Shown here one piece after another: positions 11,416 through 24,312 of a stretch of DNA of 64,000 nucleotides. Both the position numbers and the translations under genes were made by a program. Source of the stretch: Hormiphora californensis. Taxonomy: Eukaryota > Animalia > Ctenophora. Under the pieces are notes generated by a model. The model had not been told where the DNA came from and did no database searches. It saw only the letters and a program-made list of their open reading frames with translations. The stretch is taken from contig CM035355.1 of the NCBI GenBank assembly GCA_020137815.1, forward strand, positions 1,860,001-1,924,000, in the 5' to 3' direction. How positions within the stretch are numbered: position 1 is the stretch's first letter; each line of letters opens with the position of its first letter.

Positions 11416-14400
11416 ATGTTACATACTGTTTGCTTGCTTCTCCTCCTTACATCCAGCCTTACCACTGCCCAGTTTCTTATCCTATCAGATCGTACGTAAT
11501 ACAACTTCATTGGTATTGTGTTCAAAGATCATAGTTTAGAATTCTTGAAGAAGGTCCAATCAATCCGATCATAACGATGATCGTAGGTACTAGGTTCTAA
11601 GTTCTAACAGTTCAATAAAATGCTATCCTTTCAACAGAGAGTAAAGCTTTAACGTACGCAAACAGTGTGGTGTCGTTTGAGCAACGGAGTTTTGGCAGTG
11701 ATACACAATTGTGGAGGTAGGTAAATGCAAGTGTAGAGATTGCTTTCTGTTCACTCTAGAGGGAGACCGGTTGGGCTTCTACAATCTACAAACCTACCGG
11801 TGAAGGGTTCCCGTTTACCTGCTAATAACAAAACTTGACATTCTTTGAAACTTACGGCTTACGCCAGAGAATATCCAATTATTTGAGCTTGCTCAATGCG
11901 TGTGTGTATTGATTCTTGTTTGTTTGTTTGTTTGTACTTGCTGCGTCTGGCGAGTGACCTGCCCGAAAGTAGCGGCGGCCGCACCGAGCACGCTTATTAG
12001 GCGCCCCAGCACGTCCACCACTCCGCCGTAGCAAGGCCACCCACCAATCAGTTTATGCAGAGCATGTTACTTCAGACGCTCCAGGAAGACCGTGGTCAAC
12101 CACTGGCGACGCCGAGCGGCGTGAGCCGCACGACGTCGACAGGGGTATCACACTACTCCTGGCCTAAATCAATTCCTAAGGTTTATATTAAGCTGGAGCA
12201 GGTAACGTTTTGCCTTTGAGAGTGTCTTGAGTTTAGTTTAGTCTGGAACAGGGTAACGTTTTGCCGTTGAGAGTGTCTTGAGTTTAGTTTAGTCTGGAAC
12301 AAGGTAACGATTTGCCTTTGAGTGTCTTGAGTTTGTTTTGTCTGGAACAAGGTAACGTTTTGCCTTTGTGGTAGTCTTGAGATGTTTTGGAACAAGGTAG
12401 CAAGTCTTGGACTTGGTCTGGATCAAGGTAACGTTTTCCATTGTGAGTACGGTCTGTCAACAGCGCTAGCTAAAGATACTAACTAAGAATAAGAATAGAA
12501 TCTCTCAATGGCTACGATCATAATTTGGATACAACTGTACATAACAACGGACTGACAAACTTACGACCTTGATGGATGTGATGGGTACCGTGACGTATTG
12601 GTGATGAGATGTGAAGTGTGTCCATTTTCAGTAGAGATTAAGATTAAAGACAATCAAACACAAATAAGGCATAGGACAGTACAAATGTAGAGTGTGAAAT
12701 GTTCTAGAAGACAAGTCGGATAACATAGATAAGATCATTGATAATTGTTACACGCGATAAGCGACTTAGTGCACCAAAACACAAGGATTGTCGCTGTAGT
12801 GGGCTGTTTAGTAAACGCCTCTATTTAGGGAGGGTGGGTGGGGGGTGGGCGGGTGGGATTTTCCGGGTACCTTTTCAGTGAAAATGGGCCATTTCTAAGC
12901 TTATCAGGGACACATTGGGCATTATCTAAGCTGTGTAGAGACCACTGGGGAGTAGGAGGAGGGCTGTGAGTGATTGTTGAATGTTAAAGGAAGAAACAGG
13001 TGACAAAATGTGGTGTTTGTACTGAGAGAACGAGAGCAACAGGAAACGAGAAACGATCAGAGTGCAATGAGACTTCCGGGAAGTATGTCACGAAGTGGTA
13101 ACCATGTGTACGGGCCTCCGCAAGCAACTTTAAAAGTGGACTTTTAAATAAAATGGAAATAAAATGCATCGCAAACTTCAAAAAAATGACTTTTTTTTCG
13201 AAATTTTCGGGAAACTTTTTCAGTGAAAATGGGCCATTTCTAAGCTTATCAGGGACACATTGGGCATTATCTAAGCTGTGTAGAGACCACTGGGGAGTAG
13301 GAGGAGGGCTGTGAGTGATTGTTGAATGTTAAAGGAAGAAACAGGTGACAAAATGTGGTGTTTGTACTGAGAGAACGAGAGCAACAGGAAACGAGAAACG
13401 ATCAGAGTGCAATGAGACTTCCCTATTGATTCTTTAAACAGTCAGATTTGTTTCAGTTTTAACGATAAAGGCCAGCTATCAGTATCATCCAGCGGGGGAT
13501 ACCTAAACTATGAATCCAGTTCTAAGAGCACTCGAGTAGAACCAAATGCAAAGAATTCATGGAAAGTCAAGGATGGGAAACTAAACTCGAATGATTTTTG
13601 TCTAAGCGATACAGCGAAAAAGGTTGAAAACGAATCAACAAACTCCATTCCTCTTCCATCTCCCTGAATCTCACCAAAAACTATCACTTGAATTATTTCC
13701 CCCTCGTCCAGGTATTAGACTGCAGTTTAGCACCAGTAATCTATCTACAGTTCTACGATTCCGTATTATACGACCAAGTTCAGAACCTAACCGATACTCT
13801 GACAGAACTATCTACCAATGTAACCAACACCATGGAAAGTAAGTCAAACAAATCTATGCACATGATTATGTGGCATACAATGGCATAGAAGTGCCCGTAT
13901 CGTATTTACAGGTATCGATAAGAGAGTAAACGAAACTTCAAAGGAATTAGGGGAACTAGAGAAGGATTTAGATGACTGGATCAACCAACTAGCAGACTAC
14001 AATGTAGGCAATAAACCAACGACTATTAAATTTACTCCTAATTGGACTGTTTTTATAAAAAGAGGACAAAACATTACATAACCTTTACAATTCAGAGTAC
14101 GTTTCTGACGGAGAGCAATGATTTGTTTGATAAGATAGCCAGCACTAAAACACACATGGAGTTGGAGGAGAATGAATTGAAAGGTAAGAAATGAAACGAC
14201 ACAGTTGCAGTAGTAGATACTTGAATTGCTCATTACTACATTTGTTTTACATAGTGCCAGGCGACTCATTAAAATATTTGATCAATAACAATCAATGATA
14301 CATTTTCTTACAACTAATAATCCCCCCTCCCCTTCAGAGGAAATGAGAGAACTAAAAAGTGATATGACCAACATCACAAACCACATCGCCGCCATCCACT

Positions 14401-15134
14401 CCAACTACACCGCTCTGGAACAGACGTTACACAACTACGAGAACAAAACAAATGGAACAGTCTACACTGCACTGACCCAGCTCCAAACACAGGTAGTGTT
14501 GCAAGCAGAGTGTATTTGTAGTGTCCCTGAGACTCAGGGCCTCAGTGTGTGCACAGATAGGTGCTTGTTATGTTCTAACCCTCCTTTACAGGGCGCACAA
14601 AACAGAGCCTAGCTAGGCAAATATGGGCAATGTACATTGAGGGCCCATTCCGAAGAATTTCAATCTCATCTAAGAATGCAGTGTGAACCATCCCATAGCT
14701 GTTTCATCAAGACTCCTATATGCCGTGTACACTGTACAAAGTATGAATTAATCAATGCTAGCCTCACACCAAGTCTAGAAACTAGCAGCTAGCCTTTATT
14801 AGACCCAGATCCCTCACTTATTCGTTACACTTCACCAGATGTATCTCACCAAATGTCTCTCAATTCTTAAAAACCCAGTCCTCACTACCCCTGTTTCTAC
14901 CCCCTTAGCCGAGGGATACTAAATCCTAATTATACTCTTTATAATCCTCCTTCTTCCCTAATCATTCAGATTGATGGAAAATCTACAACTGGTCATCTAA
15001 CCCCGGAAAACATCTATGAGTTTGCCGTAGTTTTCTTGCTGTCATTAGGGATTATCAACGTGTTCGATGTCGTACGAAGAGTCTTCAAACATGCGATTAG
15101 TGAACGGCAAAGCAACAACTACGCCTCAGAATAA
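11416..15134 (+). CDS. Type-I membrane glycoprotein: signal peptide, possible ricin-B/beta-trefoil-like head, N-glycosylated coiled-coil stalk, TM, short tail; approx. exons 11416-11491, 11638-11716, ~11760-11799, ~13442-13622, 13712-13838, 13912-14003, 14096-14183, 14338-14492, 14970-15134
   Basis: MLHTVCLLLLLTSSLTTA signal; DTQLW and FCLS..VLDC motifs; heptad region with NLT/NVT/NET/NIT/NYT/NKT/NGT sequons; TM FAVVFLLSLGIINVF. The phase of exon 3 is ambiguous. Confidence 0.7.
12193..12440. repeat. ~47-49-bp tandem repeat (~5-6 degenerate copies) in intron
   Basis: Unit CTGGAACAAGGTAACGTTTTGCCTTTGAGAGTGTCTTGAGTTTAGTTTAGT. Confidence 0.85.
12872..13422. repeat. 206-bp direct duplication (12872-13077 and 13217-13422)
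   Basis: Both copies read TTTTCAGTGAAAATGGGCC...GCAATGAGACTTCC and look identical. Confidence 0.9.
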
Positions 15135-15320
15135 ATGGCGGGGATGAAAATAAGAGAAGGAGATATGTTGAGAAAAGAGGAGAAGAGAAATAAAAGTTAT
15201 ATTAGGCACTGAGAGAAATGAGGAGATATGATCCAGGGGGTGATCTTCATCAGAAACACATGACATTGCCGTGATAAATCAATTTGAGTTGTCAATGTCA
15301 AAATGAGAGTGAGAGAGAGG

Positions 15321-15406
<86 letters not shown>

Positions 15407-15748
15407 TAAAGAAGAGGATGAGAGATTACGGGGAGATTACAACGTCAACTTTTTTCGGTTTGACACGAAAGATATTAAATGAGTAGTTAATAAGTGTCAA
15501 GCGAGTTATAAATTAGTATATATTTTTGAGCACTTTGTATAATGTAGCTGTATGAAAAAGATAAAACATAAAACCGCTGTTCTCAGTTCACTCTGTGCAT
15601 CTCATTTTGTGTCGGGTAACTATGGCCCAAGATGTAACATATCAATTACAAGCGTCGTTATGATAACATTTTGTCAGCAAGATACCGCTCTAACAGATAA
15701 CCATGGTAACTATAGTGGTAACCATGGTAACTATAGTGGTAACATGTT

Positions 15749-16956
15749 CTAATCAGAAGATGAGGAGGATGATGAGGAAGCAGACCTTTTTCGTCGGTTA
15801 TCATTTGACCTGAAACACAAAAATTAAATTGAATTTCTAAAATATCCACACATTTATTCTGCAAAAACACCAAAAGAGAAGGCTCGGATTGGAAAGAGAG
15901 GGGATCACTCACCTGTTTCTGGGTGGACCGCGAGGGGATGCTCGGCGGGGAGGTGGTGATGGTCTACGTCTGAAGGGTGACCCGCCCCTGCCCCTGTGTC
16001 GGGGAGGGGACCGTCTGTTGCGTGGTGGACTTCTCCTCCCCCGGGGTGGGCTGCGTCTATTGTACACTGGGGGACGTCTAGCTGGGGAGGGCTGTCTTTC
16101 CAGGGTAAACTGAACTGCTACTGCCTGACCATCAATTTGACCTGAAAAGGAAGACCGTAGATGGATCACATCCAAATTTTCCTTTCGCTCACTCTCTCTC
16201 TCTCTTTAGTAAAAGTAACAATCTTTCTCTCTTTCTCTCTTTAGTAATGGTAACAATCTTACCTCCGTCCATGTATTTGATAGCGTTCTTCGCTTCTTCA
16301 TTGTTAGCAAACTCCACGTAAGCAACTCCCTTGTGGAATGAGGTAACCTTGTCGATGAGAACCCGGCAACTCACTACCTGATTGTGAGAGAATATTGGTA
16401 AACAGTATTGTTTTGACCCTTTCATGACTACATAACCACCCGTACTTAATTTGCCCGCGCCCACCCCTACATATCTCAGATTCATGGCCAGGAAGACGCT
16501 ATGGGGGATGGCGGAGGCCGGAGGGGCAGCTATAATACAAGCACAACGTACCTTTCCATAATTAGCAAATATCTCCTCAACATGTGGTTCCAGTACATTC
16601 CTACTCAGCTGGCTGATAGCAATCTTTGTTTGTGACACTGGAGGACTCTTCTTCCTCGGGCTGGCAGACCTCTTTCTTGCTGGACTCCTGCCCCTTCTTG
16701 GGCTCCTCCCACCTCGTGGGGATCTCTTCCGGGGGCTCGGGCTCCTCCTGCCTCTCCTGGGAGGGGGCGAGCCACCCCTGCGACGAGGCCCAGGGGATCC
16801 CTTCTTGGGTGCCGGGGATTTCTTCCTCTCTGGGGATTTCTTCTTCTCCGGGGTTGCTGGAGCGCTGCTACTCCCACTGGATGAGGAGGATGAGGAGGAG
16901 GATGAAGAGGAGGAACTTTCAGAGCTGCTCGCTCTCTTCTTGGGGAGAGGTGCCAT
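15749..16956 (-). CDS. RNPS1: RNA-binding protein with serine-rich domain 1 (EJC/ASAP); exons 16552-16956, 16263-16377, 15913-16141, 15749-15809
   Basis: Poly-Ser N-terminus; RRM TKIAISQLSRNVLEPHVEEIFANYGK...KGVAYVEF...AIKYMDGGQIDGQAV; RS/P-rich tail. Confidence 0.92.
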
Positions 16957-17171
16957 GATCCTATACGGGTACAAGAATAAATGAGTTTCTCAAAAACAAT
17001 GGAGTCAATAAAAAACACGGTTTCAAGATCTTGAATTTTAGGAATAATTTAAAACTGTGTAGGTCGTACATAAAAATAGAAAATTGTCCGTAAAAAACTC
17101 TTGATTCTGAAGACAAAAAAGACACTCCGTAAAAACAATAATTTTCATATCCTGACAAGTACTCGATAGTA

Positions 17172-18998
17172 TCACTTCCAGAAAGGTTTGGCGAGAAGCT
17201 GTAGAACAGGTACGAAGAGGAAGGTTTGGAGCCAAAGTTTCCGGGCTCGAGAGGAGAACACGAGGGGAGAACAGAGGAGAGAGGTGTAGAGAACTGGGAT
17301 GAGCGTCTCACGGAACGCAGACCACTGAAACGGAAATAGTTGTTATTTACACAAAGAACACTGTTCAAATTCAGAATGGAAAGGGGTGTGACAAGGATAT
17401 ATGGGGAAGGTAAAATACAGGTTTTTCGAAGCTAACCGGGGTTTATGAATCTATGATCGGGGTAAACGTGTCGTATAAAAGGATACTACATACACTGTAG
17501 ATGTGGGAGGGTGGGGGTGGGTCACTCAGCTGCAACGTTTTCTCAAACTCTACCAGCGCTTTCTCTTTGTCTAAAAAGGAGTCGTACAACCATCCCTTCT
17601 CCTCTCCCACCTTCGTTACCTGCAAAATTTGGAGTATAACAAAGCTTGTTGTGAAGGGTAAAATCACTGTAATTCACGAAATATTTATTCAAATCTAGTT
17701 GGTGACACTCTCATCGTGTGGCAACACAATAGAATATCATAACGTTATGAAATGTTCATCTTGTATGAAATTATAGCTCTATCTTGTTACCTCTCTCTGG
17801 GTACACTGGATATGAACCGTCTTGACGCTATCTAGAAACTCAATGGTATCAGGCCTCACCATCTTCCCATCCACACTCTCGTACGCAATCGTCAGGTCAA
17901 ATATCTTCTCAAGATGGTCACCTGGGGTAGAGATATAATGAGAGATATGAGATGCAAAATTCTAGGCTAAACGTGCACAAAGCTCGACTATGTCTACCGA
18001 TTTAAACGCATGACCCCCATATAATTAATTAATTAATTAATAATTCCTGGTACATTACCTAGCTCTTCAATAAACAGGTTGGTTCCCGTAACCCGAGGAG
18101 TGAGAACTTTAGTTAGCTCTGGGTAACCCATACTCCGGGCGTATGCCTGGGACTTTTCAATCGCTTTCGTATTCTCAGGGTTAAACCTGCAGAAGATAGA
18201 GCTGTGAAAGAACAGTTCATTTTGTTAAAAAGATGGATATTTATTGACGTGTTCACAAATCCCGGCGACAAGAGGGATACTGACCTTGTTCCCTCGGGAA
18301 ACAAAACCATCAACATGGGAATATTGTTCTTCTTTTTATCTTGCAACTGCTTCCTAATGCGCTCAATGTCATTCTGGCCTAGGGAGGGCCAGGGGAGAAT
18401 TAAATTACATGCTGAACTAAACTACAAGTTGCTATCACTGTCACACTGTTATAAATTTTACCTTTTTTGACAAAGATCAGGCCGTGTTGGTGCCAGTAGA
18501 CTCCAAACAGTGGGACATACTTCAACTCATCCTTAGCAAAGAAGTGCAGATACCCGGCATTACCAAGACGCATTGCAAAGCTATCAATCACAATCGTATC
18601 GGAGGTAGACTGGTGGTTGGCAATGACAAGACCATTCACAGGATCTTTCCTTTCTGGGATATCGCCGTAGACACGGAACTCAACTCCACTCAGCCCCTCC
18701 ACAAAGAACATGAAGAGCCTCTGGTAGGGACCCCAACACAGACACTGCTCAAGCTTGTGATACCTTGAAAGTAGAAGACGTGTTAACAAAGACAAAGTTT
18801 TACATTCACAGTTCGCTTATGGAAACTCAAAAACAAAAAAGTGTTTAATATCAACTCAATTTACCATCGTTTTGGAAGAGGAAGAGTTGCGACTCGGATT
18901 GAGAGCCACAGCCAAAAGTATGAAGGAGCTGCTCCTATTAATGCTACCACCGGTACGGCAGGAATGAGAGATCGGGCTGTAATTAGAGATGCAATCAT
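17172..18998 (-). CDS. AGPAT5: 1-acylglycerol-3-phosphate acyltransferase epsilon-like, multi-exon
   Basis: MIASLITARSLIPAVPVVALIGAAPSY N-terminus; NHQSTSD (HX4D), FAKDELKYVPLFG, FPEGTR, VLTPRVTG; C-terminal hydrophobic exon ending FWK*. Confidence 0.85.
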
Positions 18999-19501
18999 CC
19001 CCGCAGTTCCATGAAACGCTTAAAAATGGATTAATTCGATTATAAAGGCAAACTTAGAATAATTTTTCATTTTATCATCACTTAAAGCATAAGCTGAAGG
19101 TGTGGGAAGGGCATTTTCATCTCTCCCTGAGGCCCAATTCCAAAATAAAGGCAGGAAACCTTGCAAATTTTCCGAACCTTTTAAAAATTTTCGACTCAAC
19201 TCAACTTTGCATTTGTTGTTTTGAATTAGAATCTGAAGCGCGCGGAAAACGTTAAAATCTGGGTGCCTTTCATTGCTAACAATTCGTAGTTTTGGCGCGC
19301 GCGACGGGTTAGGGCTATCCGTTAGGGTCTGGTTAGGGTTTGGTTTGGGGTTATCGGTTAGGGCTATCGATTCTCTAACTGATACCGTTTAGTTTACTCA
19401 AATCGGCCATGTGGTTCCATGGCTATAGCCGTCTGAAAAAAGTCGGTCTAAGTATACTCTTTTGGTAGCGCGCACCTGTAAACAGGCTGCAAGGCACCCA
19501 A

Positions 19502-19895
19502 ATTATAAGGAACCATAATAAAGTTCAAGAGCGCACCCCATCCAAGAGCGCACCACCTCCAAAAGACACCACTCCGAGAGCGCACCACATCAAAGAGAGC
19601 TCCCCATCCAGAAGATACCGCGCGCAGGGGACACCACGCGCAGAAGAGACCGCACGCGCAAATACAACGCCGCGCTGGTCTCTTCTGCGCGTGGTGTCCC
19701 CTGCGCGTGGTATCTTCTGGATGGGGAGCTCTCTTTGATGTGGTGCGCTCTTGAAGTGGTGTCTTCTGGAGGTGGTGCGCTCTTGGATGTGGTCTCTTTT
19801 GGGTGTGGTGCGCTCTCAGGTGTGGTCTCTCTTCGATCGGGTGCGCTCTTGGGTGCTCTTGGAGGCTCTTGAACTTTATTATGGTTCCTTATAAT
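19502..19895. mobile_element. Palindromic (foldback) MITE-like element between the divergent AGPAT5 and GCC1 starts
   Basis: ATTATAAGGAACCATAATAAAGTTCAAGAG...CTCTTGAACTTTATTATGGTTCCTTATAAT termini; arms pair to a ~25-nt loop near 19651-19675. Confidence 0.8.
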
Positions 19896-20493
19896 CGCGC
19901 CCGAAGCGCGCCGTGCTTCATGTTACTACTATGTAACCGCTGCATTTTAAAAGCCGCGCATCACGAGTTAAAAAACTTTGCAAAGTTTCGTCTTTTTGGA
20001 ATAAAATTTTAAAGAGACAGAAACTAAAAAAACAAATGTTCCGCGAAAGAGCTGTAGCCAGTAGCCTGTATCCCGTTTGGAAATTGGAATGCGTTGCAGT
20101 CCCCTCATACGAGGGGCCTGCAGGAGCCTGAACAGTTGAAAAAATGGAGTGCTTCCGAAAGTTCGTCCTGGACCCAGCCTTTCTTCGCCCCTGCACAGTG
20201 CTTCTTTTTTGGCAGTTGAGGAGAAGCTCGACCCTTTAAGGAATCGGGGATCCTCGAAAGTTAAGGGGGCTTTTAACACATACTTTTTGGCATAAATAAT
20301 GATTAATACAGCGAGACTCCGCTTGGCCCTTGGGGCTTGGTTCCCGCTAGTCCAAAATGTCCCGCATGGTTCAAAATGCCCCCAGCCCCTGACCCCATAA
20401 CAACTATTAATTTGATTTAATTTAACTTTTAGGTAGTCGAAATGTCTCCTGTATACCTGATATGACAGCTGGAACGCTACTCTAACCCCCATT

Positions 20494-23400
20494 ATGGATA
20501 ACTTCTTCGGTACGCCTAAGTCTGTACTTCAGGACACTATTCCGAGTGCAGCAGGAGCGGATAGGGAAATACGAGAAGAAGTTAGGGGACCTCGTTAAAG
20601 CATACAAGTGTCTGCAGGATGAGAAGAAGGCGTTACAGGAAACGGTATCTGCACTGAGTGCTACTGACGGTAGGTTCAGTCATTCTCCCGTCATTTTGGT
20701 GAGATGTAGCCACGAGCATGAAAATATATCAATCTTTTTGAAATTCTACTTTTTAATTTATTAGCCCTGTTTGAATATGATTGTCATTATTAAATTAACC
20801 AATGATAATTTTCTTCCCTAGATTCAGGTGAAGGAACCTCTGAGGGAGAATCAGGTGGATCAAAACAGCAGATAATTGCTCTTACCAAGTCTTTAGCTAG
20901 CCTGAATGAGACGAAGAACACTTTGGAGTCCCGATATCAGTTTGATAAGAGGGACATGCTTGAACAGATTGAGAAACTAAAGGTAGGTTCGTGATGACAT
21001 CCGGCTTCGTTTAGCCGAGCTGCGTGCGGCACCAAAAGGTAGGAGAAAGTGGCTAGATCATATTCAAAACGCTTTAATTGTGATAGATAAGTATGTGATA
21101 TTGATATAGAATGTCATCAATATATTGCTACTGAAAATATTATTCCAACAGGCAGAATCCCTAGCGGATAAGTCCCGGTTTAGCCGAGAAAGGGAGAGCC
21201 TGGAGGGACAAACAAGGGAGATGAAAACCAAGTTACGACATGAGCAGTATGAGAGAGAGCAGGAGCAGACCCACCATGTTGCCATGTTACGAGAAATTCA
21301 ACAGATGCTTGGTAAGATACTTAGTTATTTCGAGAATCTAAAACCCCCCTGCCAGGCCACTGATGTATAATTATGACATAATTATGAAATCTTATAATAA
21401 TATCTTATAATGTTCCATTTTAGCAACTGAAAGAGCAAGATCCCAGCGGGCAGAGGCTGAGACCAGCGAGGAGGCTGATGGGAGGAGGAAGGAGCGGAGT
21501 TTACAGGAGGACAAAGTGAAGTTGCTGATGGAAGAGAAGAATTATCTGACGAGGGAGTTAGAGAATTGTAGGAACACTCCTAACAACCGAATTATGGAGG
21601 TTGGTTTTGTCATCGGGAGGGTGGAATGTTAACTGTTTGGGTTAGACGGATGAACTATTTCTTGCAACCTATCCCTTGTTCATATTAAATTGATTTCTTC
21701 TTTCAATCAGTTAGAGCAAGAACTAGAAGATCTGCGTTCCTGTAAATCAGAACTGGATCAACTCCGGCAAGATCAGACAGATACCTCACATCATAACATG
21801 CGGACATCTACCGAGCAGCACAGAATAAGAGATCTAGAGAATCGAGTTACGGAGTTGTCGGAGTTAGTCTCAGATTACGATAGGCGTCAACAGCGTGATC
21901 AGAGGGAGATTGAGCGGCTCATGTCTCGCGTTACCGTGCTGGAAAGTGAGGAAAAGAGGGTGTTATCTTCGGTTGTTCCTACTGTTAACGTTAATGTTAA
22001 CACAGTGGTTAACACAGCCCAGCAGCAGCAGCAACCTGTTACCTCTCCTAGCCCTACTTATTCCCCCTCGCCTGTTATACCCGCAACGGTATGAAACGAT
22101 CTCTAAATTTCAAGAGAAAGTTTGTGATGGAAAATTATATCAGTTTTTCATGGTTTTTGCAGCTACAAAATTCTCTCAGGCTGGTGAATTACGGGAGTTA
22201 GCAAGTGTAGAGGTAGCCCGTCGAAAAGAGGAGCTGCAGATCTACAAGGGTGAAACAGAGAGACTGAGGTCTGAGAAGGTCCGGCTGCACAACAATCTTG
22301 TTGAAATCAGTGAACAACACAAACTGGCACTAAGTGAGGTAGGTCGGACCATAAATAGGTATTGCGACTTATCTTGTAATTTGTACCAAAACCTCCTTCG
22401 ATTTTAAGAGATTGATTGAGGACTGGTTTCGTATTCGGGGCCCCAAAATACCGCTTTTTATTTTCGTACCATTTTCTCAAACTCCCCCTCCCCTCAGTTG
22501 TCACTACAGCACGAGCTTCAAATTCGTGAGATGGAGAAAGGGCACTCATCACACCTAGCGGACCTCCAGGAGAGTAGCAACAAGGCCCGGAGTAGAGCCC
22601 AGGAACTGCTCACGGAGAGGGAATGTGAGATATCCGAGCTGAAGGGACAACTTGATAACAGATCTAATAGACGGTGAGTGTTGAGAGAGAATTGAGATAC
22701 CACGCAACGAATTCGGGTAGTGGCGATACCACGTTGGTGTTACCACATCTCAGAGTTTTGTCGTGTCAGTAACGCGCGAGATGGGAGATGTGAAGTTGTT
22801 GGCGCGCCTATACCACGCAAATTATACATTTTCGTTGCGCGCGGCAGTGTACACAAAATGTATACTTTGGGGCCTCGTGACGTAACATCTGGTGTCACCT
22901 GCAGCAGCTGTAATTGATCAAAGACCATAGTTTTATCTTGCCTTGTTCGACCCTCCTTTTAAAACAAAAAGAGTTTGAACAAAACAAGTTTTATCATAAA
23001 TTCCTTGAGATTCACAATTCCTAAAACACAACATTTTCAGGCCCTCCAGTAGAGAAGAGGGTGTGTTGGGTGAGATACTGGGAAGCTCTGAGGATTCTCC
23101 TAGGACATTAATATTCTACAAACAACAACACGAATATCTTCTGGTGAGATATTAACCCTTTATTTGCTATTTTCATCGTTAATTCCCTAACCCGGCCCCT
23201 CTTTGCCTTGTTCGACCCTCTCTCCGCGCCCGTAAAGGAGGGTTGGAACATTCCTTAACCCCTATCCTGTGTTCCAGAAAAATGAACGATTTAAAGACCC
23301 CTAACCCCTATCCTGTGTTTCAGGAAGACCTCAGCAAGATGAAAGGTCTACGAGAGACTCTGGAGCAGTCTCTACGTGAGAAGGAGAGAAATGAACATGT

Positions 23401-23847
23401 GTATGTTGGAGAAATAGCGAAACTAACACAGGAAAACAGGCGTCTCACTCGGAATACGAGCAGAGAAAGTGCTAATATGGAATACCTAAAGAATATCGTT
23501 GTCAGGTTCGTGTTATTTAGTTACTAGTTTTTTATTTCAGGTAAAACAAGGTTTTACATTTATTCACCCATTCTTTCTCGGTACACTAACCGTTATTTCA
23601 TCCTTAACACTCATTTGATAGGAGTTTATCGTGATTCGCGATGCTTGATCAAGAAACAAAAACTAATTGCTCTGGTACATGATGTGAAAGTGTGTCATTT
23701 TAACCAACTATTTCCTCCAGGTATTTATCTCTGGGGAATGGTTCGGAACGAAGGCAGGTTCTGTCCGCCATCCTAACCGTCCTACAACTCACTCCGGATG
23801 AAGTCAATAAAGTGAAACATAAACTATCCCCTGGCTGGCTAGGGTAA
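20494..23847 (+). CDS. GCC1: GRIP and coiled-coil domain golgin (GCC1/GCC88-like), multi-exon, with a 1-nt frameshift at ~20542
   Basis: N-terminal KYEKKLGDLVKAYKCLQDEKKALQ; long coiled coil; GRIP domain ANMEYLKNIVVRYLSL...RRQVLSAILTVLQLTPDE. Confidence 0.82.
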
Positions 23848-24312
23848 AGCTTTAGGACTGTTAAGACCATTGTGAACTTTAAGAGCTTGATAGTTGATAC
23901 AGTTGTACAGACAGGACTCTTTCTCTTTCCGTTTTTTAATGAACTTTTTTTGTAGTTCAGGCTCCCTGGCGAAGAAATTAGTTGTATGAACATTGTAAAT
24001 GTTTGTCTGTTTGTTGCGGGGGCATGTATTTGTCTGTTTGTTTGTCTTCTATTTGTTCTGAATATATATTTGTGATCTTGTGCTCGATGTGGCCTATAAT
24101 AGAGAATGTTGGAATTATATAAGGTTTGAGAACTATGACTTGTTGCACAACACGAAATTCCGTGGGTTTATCATAGTAAAGTTGACATACACAAAAAACG
24201 AACGGCACAAAAAATTACTCGGGCATTACACGCACTCCCCATTCTCTCTAACATATCACCCCAGTTATTTATCTCAGTATATATTCGGCTCTATCTCTCT
24301 CTCTCTCGAAAG

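Noticed and set aside
16605-17368. Alternative-frame ORFs over RNPS1 and AGPAT5
   Set aside because: Shadows of low-complexity coding sequence; conserved motifs lie in the called frames
19306-19365. True telomere or chromosome-fusion relic
   Set aside because: Only a few interrupted GTTAGGG units, not a tandem (TTAGGG)n tract
19968-20492. 174-aa minus-strand ORF upstream of GCC1
   Set aside because: No recognisable motif, splice support or coding-like composition; lies in a probable promoter region
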